A stretch of 64,000 nucleotides of DNA from Raillietiella orientalis (GCA_036172245.1 JAYWIR010000005.1:310001-374000); one strand, 5' to 3'; counted from the stretch's first letter, positions 22,391 through 36,800 are shown. A program made the numbers and translations. The notes: generated by a model not told the origin, from the letters alone.

Positions 22391-25300
22391 GACTTCGAAA
22401 CTTTAAGCAACTTTAAACTCTCTTGAGCTTCCAAGCTCCCATGTAGGAAACTTGCTATGGAGTCTGTCACACCCAACAAAAAATGATGGCCTTGCTTTTG
22501 AACAACTATGTAGACATACCATTCCACCATCCAAATAGCTGTAGTCAGCTATAGCTTCTAGTCCACCACAAAGGAAGCACTGAGGAAACTCCCAAGCAGT
22601 GGGATCCCAATCACCGAACACACATGTTAGACTCCGCCAAGGTTCCTCGAATAGCAGAATAAATAATTTCAACAGAACTGACACACTCACTCATCATCTT
22701 TCTGAGTCTGTTTGTCCCAGCTTCATGCACTAAAATAATTCTAGCTCCTCTGAGCTACAGTGCCAACCTAGGAACATCCTCACACTAAGATCATGCTGAA
22801 TTTCTTAAACCTGATGACAGAGAGAGAAATCTACTGGGATGACGAAGAATACAGGCAATGGCAGCTGCTTGAAAGAGTTGAGAGCTGAAAGTCATTTGGA
22901 GCTACATGCACATCAGTCCTAAATTAGCAGGCAGCTATTTGAGATCAGAGACTTTTGGAAACATAAAAAACAATTAAATTAGGATTGCCTTTTCATGAAA
23001 TACTCCTGGATCTACTGCCTTAACACAAAGTGAGAAATGACAAGAGAGTAGCATTTACCATCCAGTTTTCAACAAACTCTGTCACCTGTCACCTGTACAT
23101 AGTACAAGGTACAACAGTGTGTTAATAAAGATAGATGCATCTTGATGAGAGTATTAATGTCATTGAGATTTAAAGAGAAACAAATCAAAGAGTGACTTGT
23201 TGAGACAAAGGAATCTCAGCAGTATATCATGATAGAAAAGCATGCCATTTTGAGAATACGGTAATGTAGATGCCTGAAAAATGGGAACACTAAATGTACC
23301 ACTCTTGTCCCAAGAAAGGGCACAATCTGTATTTCAAAGCTACAGTCACTTGATCAGCAAGTTTAGAGACTAGAATTAGGGATGATATGACCAAGTCTTA
23401 CTATCATAACCTGATCCATCTATTGAAAAGCCAACTTAGAAATGTATGGAAGCATTGCAGTGCATCCTTGCTTCCCACTATTCGAGAGGTGCTTCTAATT
23501 CACTTCACATAGACTGATTTCCCTACTGCATGAAGTCCATCCTGACTTATTCAACTTTGCTTGATGCAAAGCTTACAAACAAAAGAGAGCAATGTTCTGC
23601 AACTTTTTTTTGGAGTGAAGAGGACCTCTGTTTTGCAGATAGTATTCACCTTACAGACAAAACTTCACGTTACTAAGTGAAGACAAATGTGCATAATGAT
23701 CCAAATTCTTATCCATTAAGTTGTTGTGTTTGCTGTTACGTACAGAATTGTGCCTCTCGAACTTTGCTATCAGAGAATATCTGGCTTTTGTTTTCCATAA
23801 ATTAAACAATTTGTTGAAATGTCCTTATAATAAAGAGATACTGCATTACTTCAAAAACTCAAGGACAAAAAAGAAAACTTTTTAAATAGTAAGGATTCGT
23901 TCTCCTCCAATGTTTAAGAAATATTCAAGCTTGAACATCCCTACATCCTTTCATGTGGAAGCATCCTCGAAAAGTGTAAAGAATTCAAAAGATAAAATTC
24001 ATTGATATCCAGGATGGATGATGGATGATGAGATGCAAACACAAATACCACGATATCCGGGAAACCAAACCTAGAAACTCTGGGACTTAAAAGAGGGTTA
24101 TCTAAATAAATCAAATCACTTCCAATGTATTCTTAAAGATAAAAAAGTAGTGCATCCTATACAATGGCACTAGTTCCAAATGACTAGTTCACCAGCCTCA
24201 AAAGAATACGTTCCATCTAACCTCACTTCATAGCACACACATCATGGGCTGACCATAACCGTTAATCTTGGTGCAACAAGTGCCATCTCAACTCTTTCGA
24301 AACTTGCAACCATTTCTTAATTTGAAATTCAATAGGAAAAACACCCTTATATAATAAACATCCTGATAAACTTAAAGTGGACTTTTGTTCACCACGTGAT
24401 CCTTACTTTCCAGCCCTCTCCAATAAACTTTGTCCACCATCACCATCCATTCAACTCGACAAGTTGGCCGAATTCAGGCTTTTCAGAACGTTCAATGGAG
24501 TATTTCTGTTCTTCACGTGATATACATCCAAATGGCATCAGGGCTGGCAAACTGCTCGCAAAGAAAAAAAAACTGGGATAACTAAGAAGGTCCACTCTTT
24601 TGAGTTAATGAAAAACCGGCTTCTAACATCACTTTCATTGCAAATATTTCCAAACTTGCGAACATCAACACAAAATCCCATAGCAGTATTTTTCTAATCG
24701 ACCAAGCAAAGAACTACAATCAATCGTGTGGAGATGCATTCTTTACGATGACGAGAAAAAAAATATAAACTTCCTTGATGATGACGGTGATGGGGATGAT
24801 TAGGAGGAGGAGGGTTGGAAGCTGATGTGGCGGAAGAAGCAAGGAAAGATCAGAAGTGGAATGGACTAGAAGGAGAAAAGGAGGCAGTCTCCTTTCTCCT
24901 TTTCCATCCCTCGAAGCAGTGGACCGAAGAGTGTAGAAGGGGAGGATGAGCACGGCCGGACTGATTTGAGGAGTATCCCCCTCTTAAAGAAGACTTTTCA
25001 AGAAGACTTCTTTGAAAGGTTTCAGATTTGTCTGTAACCTTTTGAAGAAGGTCACAGATGAACAAGGCGCATACCCGCAGTCACGCTGTGATGGGAAGTT
25101 CACGCATCGAAGTGGTGGTGGTGGTAGGCAAGGTTCCCGAAAATGTATCTCTCTGATCACAGCAGAATGCCTAAGGCTGTGTCGTTATCGTTATCGTTAA
25201 ATTGCTTGTACCATTCGTATCCTGCAGCAAAAGACTCTTTACCAGCTCAGTTTCACATGAGCTTTGTGTCACTCTCCTCCATCCCAAGGGGCAGTCACAA

Positions 25301-28300
25301 AGAAACAGCGTGGTCAAGGAAAGACGTGGTCAAGGGTCCAGGTGGCTTCTTGGAAGAACCAGTTCTTTTGGCTTGGAGCCTACGCAAATGACTCACATGG
25401 AGGCCTTCATCTGAAGAGGGCGAGGGCTGAAGGGAGCTATCGTGCTTCCAGGAGATCACACGCAGCTGCTGTCCAAGATTCGCATTCATTTGAATTGCTT
25501 GTGCCTCCATTATGGAAAAAGCTTTCCCGGGTCTCCAGGTGAACTGCGATCTGGCTAATCCGGCATTTGCTTCGCTCTCTATGCAACGATTAGGGATTCA
25601 CCAGGTGGGGCAGACGCCAAGTAGCACTCCTGGCACGCAAGCACCACCACACATTTCACCGCCTCCGTGTGCCTCGTGAGGGACGCGCGAGTCGCGCAAC
25701 GTTCAGCCTACATGCGGGCCAGCCTGCCAACAATGGAGCCACAGAATGGTTGCCACGCTACGTCGTTTGCTGGAGCGGGGGGGAGGGGGTGTAATTAATA
25801 AAAGGAGGTGCTGCACTTCATTGCACTCTTTTTGCTTCGTGGAGTTTTCAAAAGCAAACAGGTGGTTGCCTGGCAAGCAGGTTATCTTGACAAAGAGTGA
25901 ACGGGTCCTGATCACCGCAAGCTCGGATGGTGCTGCTGTATCAGGAGAGAACCACGTATGCGTACGCGCTTGAGCGTTCGGTGCCACCGACGGTGCGCGT
26001 GATGGCAAGACATCAGTGATAGAGGAAAAAGAGATCGACTGCGAGGTGAGGGAGGGTGCGGTCAGCACCGGAAAAGCTGGCTGTAGTCTGAAACGCGGCA
26101 TATGAATTCCTTCTTTCTTTTCCACTGCACTCATTTCCCCTTCTTCCTCTCTGTCTCCAATCGATCTTCTCCCTACAAAAAACGAGTTTTCGGATAAATA
26201 CCGAGCAGCACGCAGATGTCGCTGACATTCAAGTCGGAAAAGGGAAGGAGACAAGAAAAAAAAAAAACACACTGGAGATTCCTGCAAAAGAGAATGAGAG
26301 GAAAGCGGGTACTGGAAGGGGGTGGTCGTTTGGCCACGCGGAAGCAGAGTACAAAGGAAAGAAGGGGGGAGGGGGAGGGGGAGAGAAACAAGCAGCAGCA
26401 GTGCTATCTGCCAGGAGTGCACGTACTTCCGGGTTTCCTTCGCAGATGTCGCCCCTTCCGATTGCGCGTTCCTCTGTTGAGAAAGGGACGAGGATTGCAT
26501 TGAGGGGCGGAGGTTCTTTATGCTTGTGCCCCACCCGCCATTTCGAGTGAGCAGGTGGCCTCTGTCCCAGTTCGGGGTCCGGGGAGACTCACGTGACCGT
26601 TTTTCTCGAATGGGAGGAGGGTAACCGACCCGAGCCTGGGATGTGCCGGCGTCCCAGCTTTAGGGTCCATGGCCGGAGAAACCCCCGTTTTCCCGAGGTT
26701 CGGGTCCTTCGCAGCCCCTCGCGCCTGCACCCAACCGGTGGAGAAGGCGGAAGACCTCTGTCGCTGTTAGCAACCTCTCCTAGGGATAGCGGGGCGAGAT
26801 GGACCGGAGTTTAGGCACGCAGTTTCTGGGAGAGAGGGAGAGAGGGAGGAGGCGAGAGCTTCCGGAGGAGACGGGACGGCGAGACATCCCGCGCAACTCC
26901 TCCCGGCTCCAGACGGAAGAGGACCGCTGGAGGAGCATCCCGAAGCATCCTGAGCGACGGATTCTCCCTCGTGGTGCAGGATTCTCCCTCCCTTCCTCTC
27001 TTGCAGATCCGAGCGGGAGGGAGGGGGAGGCAGAACCGAGCTCTCCTGCTCAAAGTCCTTGAGCGCGAAGAGTGCCCGTCCTTGAACACAGGAAGGACGG
27101 GATAGGGACAGAGTGGGCGTTGGAAGGAAGGAGGGGAGCGGAAAGGACGAAGTCCGTTCGGAGCGAAGGCCCCACTGTTCGGACGCACCCCCTGAGGGAG
27201 GTGCTTCCATTGGCGAGTGGCACGACGAGACGACACGGTCGCGAGGACGACGGCGGCGATCGCGGTAGACGGACGATGACGTCCGAGGGGGAGAGCGAGC
27301 GAGAGGAGACTGCCGTCGGGATATGGCGGGATGGGGCCACGCGATCTTCCGGAAGGAGGAGAGGAACACAACGCCACTGCGCCAGGTGCACGCGAGTTTC
27401 CACGTGCTTCACGAGGAGGAGGAGCAAACGGCTGAGACCGGGTCCGCACATGCCATCGATCTCCTTCCAAGAGTCTGGCTGGCGAAGTTGCCGGGCAACC
27501 CTCCTCCGGAAGACTTGTGGCCATCAGCCTGACCTGCCGATCCACCAATCGGAGAGCGCGACAGGCATCTCGTGGCTGTGCCCAGCCCCCTTCCCACTCC
27601 TCGAGCAGACAGGACTCCGCGTCCGTTCAAGAAGGGAACCGGCTGTCACGAAATTCTTTTTTTTATTTTTTGTTCGCCGGATGGTGGCCGTCAGTCTGGT
27701 TTTTCCACATCTTTGGAACCCCGCTTCTTTCCTATCCATCGTTCCTGCTGTCGGAGAGGCCACCTTTAAAGTTCCTCGCACCTTCCTGCCACTGTGGGAG
27801 TGCCACCTATTGGGGACTTCGTACGTCCGCTCGCATCAGTCGCTCCCTCCATTAGCTGGAACGGTGCGAGTGCCCGCCCATCCAGCAGCAGCTTCCACCA
27901 GGATGACCATTGCCCGCCATCTGGGGTCTGGCAGCGGCTCGCCAAGGCGAGCTGCAGACGGACTGCGGCTTGCCAAGGCACAGAAGTGACCCAGGCCGAA
28001 TGAGATAGGGAGGGGGAGAGAAGGAAAATCTTCCGGCCTACCGAGTGCGCGAACGCCGAAAGCATGCCGCGGAACCAGGAGCAGGTGTGGTTTCAGCGCT
28101 GGTTTCCGACAGACGTCCAAGACACCACCTTCTCCGGAGAAGCTCCCCCCCCCCCCCCGATCAGACGGAGGAAAGAGATGCCCCCTCCAGACAAGCCGCG
28201 GCCCGTCTGCAGCGCCGCGCACCACGTGTGCGGCTCCAAATTCGCGCAAAGGCTCGATCGTTTTACGACCGCTTTCCTGTATTTTGTTATTTGCTATCAT

Positions 28301-30058
28301 CGCGTTTATCATCTCGTCATTATCAGCTCTCGAGAGGTTATTTCAGGTGTGCACTGCGGATGACATGTGCGGCGGCGTAGCCGAATGCAGTGGAAGCGGA
28401 AGGACGCAGCCAGCGTGCAACGCGGAACCCGGAGCGCAGCGCAACGCGTGCCATTCGACGCCGCAAGAAAAACGAGCTACCGCAATCAAATCGGGGAAGG
28501 AAAGATGAAGGGGGGAAAAAAAAGCAAAAAAAAAAAACAGAATCCAAAGGCAGCCGTGCCCGTCCCTGAGGCTGCTCACTGTATCTGCGCCCGTCAGAAG
28601 TTTGCCTAGTCGCTACTCTCAAATGCGTGGGAGGATGGTCTAATGGGAAGGGCCACCATAGCCCCTCCTGCTGAGCGAATGAGGATGCCGCCGCCACCCA
28701 CAAGTGGCACCCCGCGCCTTGCCGCTTACACGTCACCCGGAAACACCGTGGAAACGAGGAATCCGCCTTAATCAACCGCAGAGGTCGCCCCTCTGTCAGC
28801 GATGCTGGGGAATTGTGCATCCCCCGCATGTACACACTGTACTGGCCGTAGGATCTCAGAACGCCGGTTCTTTGTCCTTCGCTGCTTGCCAGCAGTCCAA
28901 CAGACTGAACGAAAGTTGCAGACGCATCGGCTTTCGGCGCGTCGTTTTTCTCCGCGCATGAGATTTGTCTCCGTCCCATTTTCACGCGGTGCCAAGAGCG
29001 GGATCCACTCCAGGGGCAGCGCCTTACGGGGATTGAACCATCTTGTTTTCATCGATGCTGGAAAGAGGGTTGAGGTCATCTTCCTCCCAGCCCCAGCCAA
29101 GGCAGTCAACCTACTCGAACCGAGGATACCGCCACGAGGCGGCGGAAGATGGCGGCCGGCAACCAGCGAACGTCTTCCGGGTGACCTTGTCAGGATGGCG
29201 GCTCTTCTGCTCCCGGTTTTCCACCAGTGCAACTGGAGGAGCGCTAGGCAACGCAGATCTGTCGGAACTGGTCTCCCCTCTCACCGGAGGAGTAACGACG
29301 TCGGCAAGGAGGCGCCTCCTGAGCTCCAAGGAAGCAAAAACGAGCTGCGCCCTCTCTCGAAACTTCTGGCAACGGGGAGGGAGCGCGAAGCCCGCCTCTT
29401 CGTATCCTGGATCACCCTGCTACCGGGCCCCGGACGCAGTGTTTTCCTGAGCATCCACGGCAGGGGGATCCTCCGTTCGATTCTCAGGAGGGGGGGGGGG
29501 AATCGCCCGCCGCGGCACCCGGCGTTGATTTCCCGTGCGAGCAGCACAAAGACCCGCGAAGCTCCTTGCGAGAGAGCCGTCGCTCCAGCAACTGGGCCGC
29601 CGACGTGGAAACGGCCGATGGCGGGACGCGACCCTCATTCGTGTTGCACGCCAGCAGCCGCCAGCTTCCCAGACAAGGCCGCCGAGCACACGAGCGAGCG
29701 GCTTCACCCTTCCGCTCAGATCATCCATGGATGAATGGTCCGAGAGACGGACACGTCCCCCTCCCAAGGGGTGAAACGACCTTTTCCCTACGTACTTTGA
29801 CGGGAGGGCGGATGTCGCTTGCTGGGAAGCGCACCCACGGATGGCGTGGGCTCACCTTGGACGCCCATCGCTCCGGCGTTTACTTTTCCCGGGATGGAAA
29901 GGCAGACCGAGGACGCTTTGCTGGAGCGGTGGAGCTCGCGTAAAGCCTCCCTCAGCTCCTCTCCGCAAAGGTCACCTCCAGAGAAGGGAGAAGCGTCCTG
30001 GAATCCTTTGGCGTTCTTTCCTGTTTCGCTGCTTTCGTTCCGGAATTTTTTCCATTTT

Positions 30059-30880
30059 TTAACTGTACAGTTCTTCAGTGCGGAGCGCTCTCTCCAAACG
30101 CAGCAACAACGCTGCTGTCTCCGAAGACTGCAGCAACCACCAGGCCCCAGGAACTATGCAGTTTTTTTTTTTTTTTTTCTTTCGGGTTTTCTGCTTTTTG
30201 GTTCTCAAGGAGTGCTGAAGAGCCTCTCGCCACCTTGCGGTAGGCCCACGAACCGCGCTTGAACGCTGTCCGCGCCATCCCAGGGTGCGCGTATCGCTCT
30301 TCCACTTATGGGTTGCTTCCCGTTAGGGGACGATCCTACGAATCTAGGAAGGCTCCGGAGGAAGGAGTCCATTCCTCTCTTACCCATGGGAGGTAATTCT
30401 CGCCCTGGTTGTCTCCTAAGGGAATCGCTAAGGGGAACCTCCTTCCTTGTCCTCTCCGGAGGGGTCCCCCGTAGGAGGCCACTCCTCGCTTCTTCTCTGG
30501 AGCGGAACTCGGAAAGAACCCGCTCCTGGTTCCCTCGACCTCTGACGAGATCCCTGAAGAGATGCTTTCCGAATTCTCTGAAGGTCGCCCTGAGAAGGGG
30601 TAGCGCGCTTCTGCACTCTCTAGAGAGGTGTCGATCCACCGACTCCATGGTACGGCTTCGTCTTCGCAGCCGGAGGGAAACCCCGATTTGGATTGCCTGG
30701 ATTCCCGGAAGTGGATCTTGGAGGGTCCACTCCCAATCCCGGCCAGTCGACGGGGGCATGGGCTTCCGCCATTGCCGCACCCGAATGGGCCAACCAGAAT
30801 GCAGCAACAACTCTGTTGTCTCCGAAGACTTGTTGTTGCGTTCGGAGAGCGCGCTCTGCACCGAAGAACTGTACGGTTAA
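30059..30880. mobile_element. piggyBac-like non-autonomous DNA transposon (MITE)
   Basis: 47-bp TIRs at 30063-30109 and 30830-30876 (41/47 match), each flanked by TTAA; subterminal direct repeat GCAGCAACAAC.CTG.TGTCTCCGAAGACT. Confidence 0.8.
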
Positions 30881-33800
30881 AGCAGACAGCAGTACAAGCT
30901 GATAACGAAAAACAAAAAATTAAAAATAAAATAAAGCAATCCTGTTTCCCAGAAATGGCTGCTGTGACATCCTGGATACCTCGCGGATCGGCACTGGGGT
31001 CTTTCTTTTACGCGTGCCGCTGAGCCAAGTAGCTGTCGCGGTCCTCGCTCCATCCGGCGCAAGAATTATCGGGACCCCAGGCGCGTGCTTGCGCGAGCAA
31101 TCCCTGGAAGCCTGGAAGAGCGGCGGGGGGTCCTCCCCGACGAAAGCTGTCCTGACCCTTGAAATGCGTTGACCGCGCCGGCAGCGCAACTTCAGAGAAA
31201 CGTACTCTAACTGGAGGCTGAGGTTCGGCCGTCAGGAGAATTCCCGATTTCCTTAACGCGCTCGTGGGCACATCGCGCCTTTCCGCAAACCCGCGGTCGG
31301 GGACACCTCGTGCGGCCGCTCGATGTCCCAGGCGTCCGGGAGCAGGCAGCCAGACCCTCGTGAACCTCCCTGGCGGAGTCGCAAGTGATTTGCCCGAGGC
31401 TGGCGCTCCCGTCCCATGTTCCCCAGGACGCAGCAAATTACGACCGCACGGAGTGTATACGCACGCGCGCGCACTTCATACGCGCTTGCTCGCAGCTAAT
31501 CGAAAGCAACCATCACGAGCACGCACTTAAACACGAATGAATTGAAGGCTCTCTGAGGCCCCGTCCCCATGCGCATCACCGGTCAGTTTCCTCGAGCCAG
31601 AGGCTGCAGGAATGCTGAAATCTTACCACGAAAACCACAATTTTCATCTCTGTGTTTTTTTTTTTTTTTGGGGCAGTTTATGTCGCGTTTCGGGAGGCAG
31701 CACTGCATTCGTCGGGAGAGACCCTCTCGAAGCATCACGCTGGACGCAGATCCGCAGCCACCTGAGAAAACGCAACGTGCCATGTAGCAGGGCGCTAAGC
31801 CAGCAACCGGTCCTAATCTTCCGGAAAACACGAGGCTGGGTTCCCTACACGAGATGTTGAGCCTTCCCAGGCAGTGGACCGAATACGTGCACGTGAATCA
31901 ATAATGCGTACTCCATAAGCAACTTATCTCTGCAATTAGGAAACGAAATGAGTTTTTTTTTTTTTTTTTTTTTTTTTAGACATTTTTATGTTAAACTGTT
32001 TTGATTCACCGGGATACAGCAAATACTGAAGCAAGAAAGCACCCTAGGACATGGTCAAGTGCTGCTGTTGGAATCGGAATACTTTCTCGGCGAGACGCAC
32101 CACTTCCTTATCGTTGGTACAGAGGCGAAGACCGGGCATGGGAAGCGCAATCTGCTCTGTTAACAGTGAGCCTCCAGCAGAAGAGCAACGATGGAGAACA
32201 CCCTCCAGATGCAACCCAGATTGAAACCGAACCCAGGCTGGTGTTTCTGAAGATTCCGGCTTTTGTGCTTTTGGGAACTCCGCGCGGAAGTCACATGGCA
32301 GACCATCTTCTGGAACACACAAGAAAGCGGATTGTGAAAGGTTCGAGCAAGCACCGAAAAGCATCCCCGCGTTAACAGACATACCTCATCTGTTGCCTCC
32401 TCAAAAGATTGAAAAAATCTTCAGGGGACTCGAGCGAACAGCAGCGAACGAACGGAACTGAAAAGCAAACACCAAAGCTGCATTGGCTCCGACGGCTTGA
32501 AAAGAAAAAAATTTCCACTGCCCACCCCACACAAATGGGACACGGATGGGGGGAGAAGCAAAAAGATGGGGAAAGAGGAAACCGAACACAAACGGAACAG
32601 GCGTCACTGCGCGAGACGGGCACGCGGGCAACACTTTGCTCCACCCTGCGCACACGGCCGCCCGTTCCCGACACAATGGCAGGCAATCTTCCTATTTAAA
32701 ACACGGGCAACCCCGTGCACGCGAAGGTACTGCGCAGATGCTCTCGCGATTTCGGACGAAAGGGTGCTGCTGCTGCGAGGCCTCTGGCGGAAGAAAGTTG
32801 TAGGCGTTGCTCCACTTCGGGATGCTCATCATCCGAGTCGAACTGCTGTGGGGCCACAGACGAACTATCGGATCCGAGGCGCGAGTGGACTCCCGCGGGA
32901 GCAAAACGACATCAGGGATGGACCGCAACTCTTTCCGATGCACAGGTGATGCAATCGTTGGTTACTAGGAGACGACTCGGAGAGGAGGATGGGGGGAGGG
33001 GGGGAGAGAGAACGAAACGCCCGCATTGGCAGAAACAATCGACTGTGTTACCGAAGACGGCCGCTTTTCTCTTTTTGGACTAAAAGGAAATTCCTCCTCC
33101 TCCTCCTCCGGTTTCCCTCTTTTCGGCATCGCAGCTCGGCACTTTCCACCAGTGGAGGAGTCGGGATCACTCGAATCGATCGGTGGAGAGGGGGCAAAAC
33201 GAAACAACAACAACAAAAAAAAAAAAAAAAAAAAGAAAGAAATCCCGCACTTTCGTGCAGCGCCGAGGAGAAAATTCCGTTCCTGGATGGGGATTACAGG
33301 AGCACCGAAGGTGACACCCGCGGAAGCGTGAAAGACACACCCCGAATGCGAGAGTTGGTGTCTGCTTTAAGCAGCGCGCGCGGGCGATTTACTTTTCCGT
33401 TTTCCGCGTATGCGAGAGCTCCTCCCGCGCGTGAACGCTTACGAAAGATTTACTCCAGCCTCAATTAATTGCGAATACGCCACAGCACGAGCAGGCGGCT
33501 TCAAGGCTGATTTGGACACCACCAGCCGGGGCGGAATCCGAGTTCTGCTTGCCGGAAAGATTTTTCCCAGCGGCAGTCCACAAGTGCCTCTCCCTCCATC
33601 TCTCTCTCTTTGTGCAGCTGCTGGGGGCGCCGGCAACACAAACCACGGAAAGGGAAGCGCGCTCCTTCCCCTCGTACTTTCGGGGAAACACCTCGTGCAA
33701 GAAGCGGGAAGTGAGCATCGCCACCGAGTGCACCACGAGCATTCGATCCGACACGAACCCCACCCCCCCCACCCCCTCACCTCGGAGCCACCCCACCAGC

Positions 33801-36800
33801 ACGCACTGCAACGGCGCATGCGCCCAACCACGGCCGCGGGCGCCCGGCATCGGACGGCCGCCCCCGTTCCCGTAGGCAGCAGCTCCGCGCGCAATCCTTG
33901 CAGTCTGGATGCCTCCCTCACACACATATATATGCATATATCCGTACCTGCGTGATTCGTTAGCTTCCAGGCTCGCCCCCCCCCCCTTTTTTTTTTTTTT
34001 TTTTCCCAATCGGGGAGCCCGCGCATCCGATCGTGATTCGTCACCGCTGGAATCGAAAGGGTGTTTCCCTCTCTCTCCCTCCCCCTCCACCTTCCCCCTC
34101 CTCCCGACCTTGTCGCAATAATTTGTGAAATCATAATGAGGGAAAAAAAGTTGCCTGGTTGTTTTCTTTTTTTCTTTTCTCTCTCCTTTCTTTGACGTCA
34201 CGGAAACCGTATCCATTCAAGGTCTTCGAGGATCCGCATGTCCGATATCTGCTCTTCCAGCTGCGTGCTAAATGCAGCCGATTGTCCTTGTACCGAGCCC
34301 GTAATGACTTTGAGATGTACAGCACGCTTCCACAAATGCGCACAACCGTGTTGCGAAGTACAAGGAACGCTCGCCCGCCTTTGTACGCGTGCGCGCAAGG
34401 CACGCGGACCCATTTCGTCGTCGGTTCTCTCTCCTCCCCTCCTCTCCGCGCTCCCACCCTTTGAGCCGCGGCAGGGACGCCGCCGGGAACGGGGAAAGGA
34501 AAAAAAAAAGAACTCGGAAAAGGGAGGGGAAGAGAGGGCGAAGCCGCCGTACGAACCTCCGGTAGCAAGCTTTCGTCCCGACGGGAAGAAGACGCGCTCC
34601 CCCGAAGCTGCGCGGCTCGCTCGGCCGGCCGCCGTTCCGTCCGCAGGCGTCCCTCTCGCGCGCGCGTGCGCAAATGGGGCGTGAAAACCGCGAGTCGACA
34701 GAAAGCCAGGAGACACAGTCGGTGGCGCACCCACAGAGCGGAAGCAGCAGCGCCGGGGGGAGGGGAGGAAGAGTCGTCCAAGGAATCCCACGTCTTCCCC
34801 TGTTGCCAGGTTTCCCCGATCCTCGCCGAGCACGCCGCGCCTCGGCGAGCCCGCGAACGACTGACCGTCCACGCTCGGAAACGCGAGAACCTTTTCGTGG
34901 CGGGGGCGGCGCGGCGCAAGTCCGAAGAAGCGCCTTGCCTGCAGGGATGCGAGCCGTCCATCCGCCGCCGCCGCCGCCGCCGCCGCTCTCGGAAGCCGCG
35001 GGCGATGATGTGCCACGTCGTGCCCTTGCGCGCCACCACCCCGCTCGTTAGGAGAAACCCTCCCCCTCCCCAAAAAAGTGCTGGTCCCGGTGATGGGGGG
35101 ATTCCAGCTGAGATGGGCGGACGCTCGTGGAAGAAAAGGACGGAGACTGCATCGCTTTCGAGAGCGGCTCGTCGGATCCCCCCATCCCCCTTCCTCTTGT
35201 CCTTCCTGCCGTCCTTGGAGGGGACCGAAGAGGGAGATGCGCTCGCGCTCCGTTCGGAAAGGCGTAGAGAGAAGATGAGGCGATCGAACGGGCCCTCCGG
35301 CCGTGCAAGTTTGCTGGGGAGCGCAGACGCGTCGGTGCATCCCCGTACGCCGCTTCTGCTTGGCTTCGCCCATCCCCCCCCCCCCCCCGAGCCCCTCGCT
35401 CACTTCCGCGAAGGTCAGCGTCCTGGTCCAAGTCCGGTTTCTCTCGCTCCCGGGGCGTTCCTCTCCGGGAAAGCAGACGCCGCCCCGTGAAGCGCGTACG
35501 GGACCGCCTGGAGCCAGCGAATCGGAAAAAGGAAACTGCCCCGCGACTCCCTGCGGTTGCCTAGGAAACTCTCTCCTCCCCTCTCCGCGAGCGGCGCGCC
35601 AGTACGACCACTCTGACCCGAAGCAGCTGCCGCATGCAGGCTTTCCTCCTGGCACCTCCGGCATTCCGAAGGGGATGGTGGCAGTGGGCGGGGATGGGGG
35701 GCTGCCGCCGCCAACTCAGCGAATCAGAGCGCGTGCGGGCCCCGGGAAGGAGGGGGGCCATATGTGTCCTGTCGCATAGCCCCGCCTCCCCTGGTGGGGA
35801 AGGGAGATCGCTTCCCTCTCCGCAGGAAGCGGCCTGACCACCTCAGCTACTGTGCGGACGACCCGACCTTTGCCTTCCGGAACGCCCTCCCGGGGACCCA
35901 CCAGGACCTACGAAGCAGCCGTGTCCCCTGCGAGCCCTGGTCCTTCGTCCCGTCCGTCCCAGCCTGCTTTCCGGCTTCCTCCCTGCAGCGCAGGGAAGCT
36001 GACCCTTAGCGAGACGGCGACCCTCGCCTCCCTGGATCGCAAGGGCCTCCGGGAGCGACTCCGCTCGCACCCACAGTGGCAGACTGCGAGGAGGGGAAGC
36101 GCGCGTTTGCGAGAGGAAGCCGAAAACTCCGGTCGAAAGGGAATCGGCATCACCGAAACCCCCAACGATCTCTCTTTGCACCCGTGGGGATCGTCCCTCC
36201 TTGGAGGGGGGGGGGCGGCTTTCCCACCAACCGAGCCCGAAGAAGATTCTGCACGCGCACGACGGAGGCGGGGAGGAGGGGGAAGGGAAGGAGGTGCGGA
36301 GGAGAAGGAAAGGGAGGGGGGGAGGGGATCGTCCGAGATTTCCTGGGCGCAGATTCCCGAACCCGGCGCGCCTCCTTTGCGCGAGGCTCACTTCCGCCGA
36401 CCCTGCACCGCGGCAGGCGCCGCCGACAAAAGGGGGGGGGGGGGATCCTCGGCGGATGGCGCAACAGCCGATGGCGCCTGACAGCGCGAGCTTCGAGCGG
36501 CGGCTTTTCCCGCGCCAGGGGTGGCCTCGGCCCTCCGCCAGCCGAATCAGCGTGGGATGGCGGCTGAGCGCGCCTCGCAGCGTTTGCGGCGCTGCTCCTA
36601 CGTGACCGAGAATACGCGGGAAGGGGGGGGGGGGAAGGGAGGGGGGAAAGAAAGCGTATTGGCAAAAAGCTTTCACCTTGACACACTAATGGATAAAAAA
36701 AAAAAAAAAAAAAACCGCACACAAAACAAAACAAAAAACAAAGGAAAAAAGCGCAACCGCTACCAACTTTCAAGCAGTGACGAAATGCAGCGGAAACGGT

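Noticed and set aside
24720..25560. Coding-like tract with scattered Cys/His
   Set aside because: Broken frames and no identifiable domain.
32000..34450. Possible host exons at 32001-32375, 32720-32950 and 34200-34370
   Set aside because: No recognisable protein and no consistent splice chain could be built.
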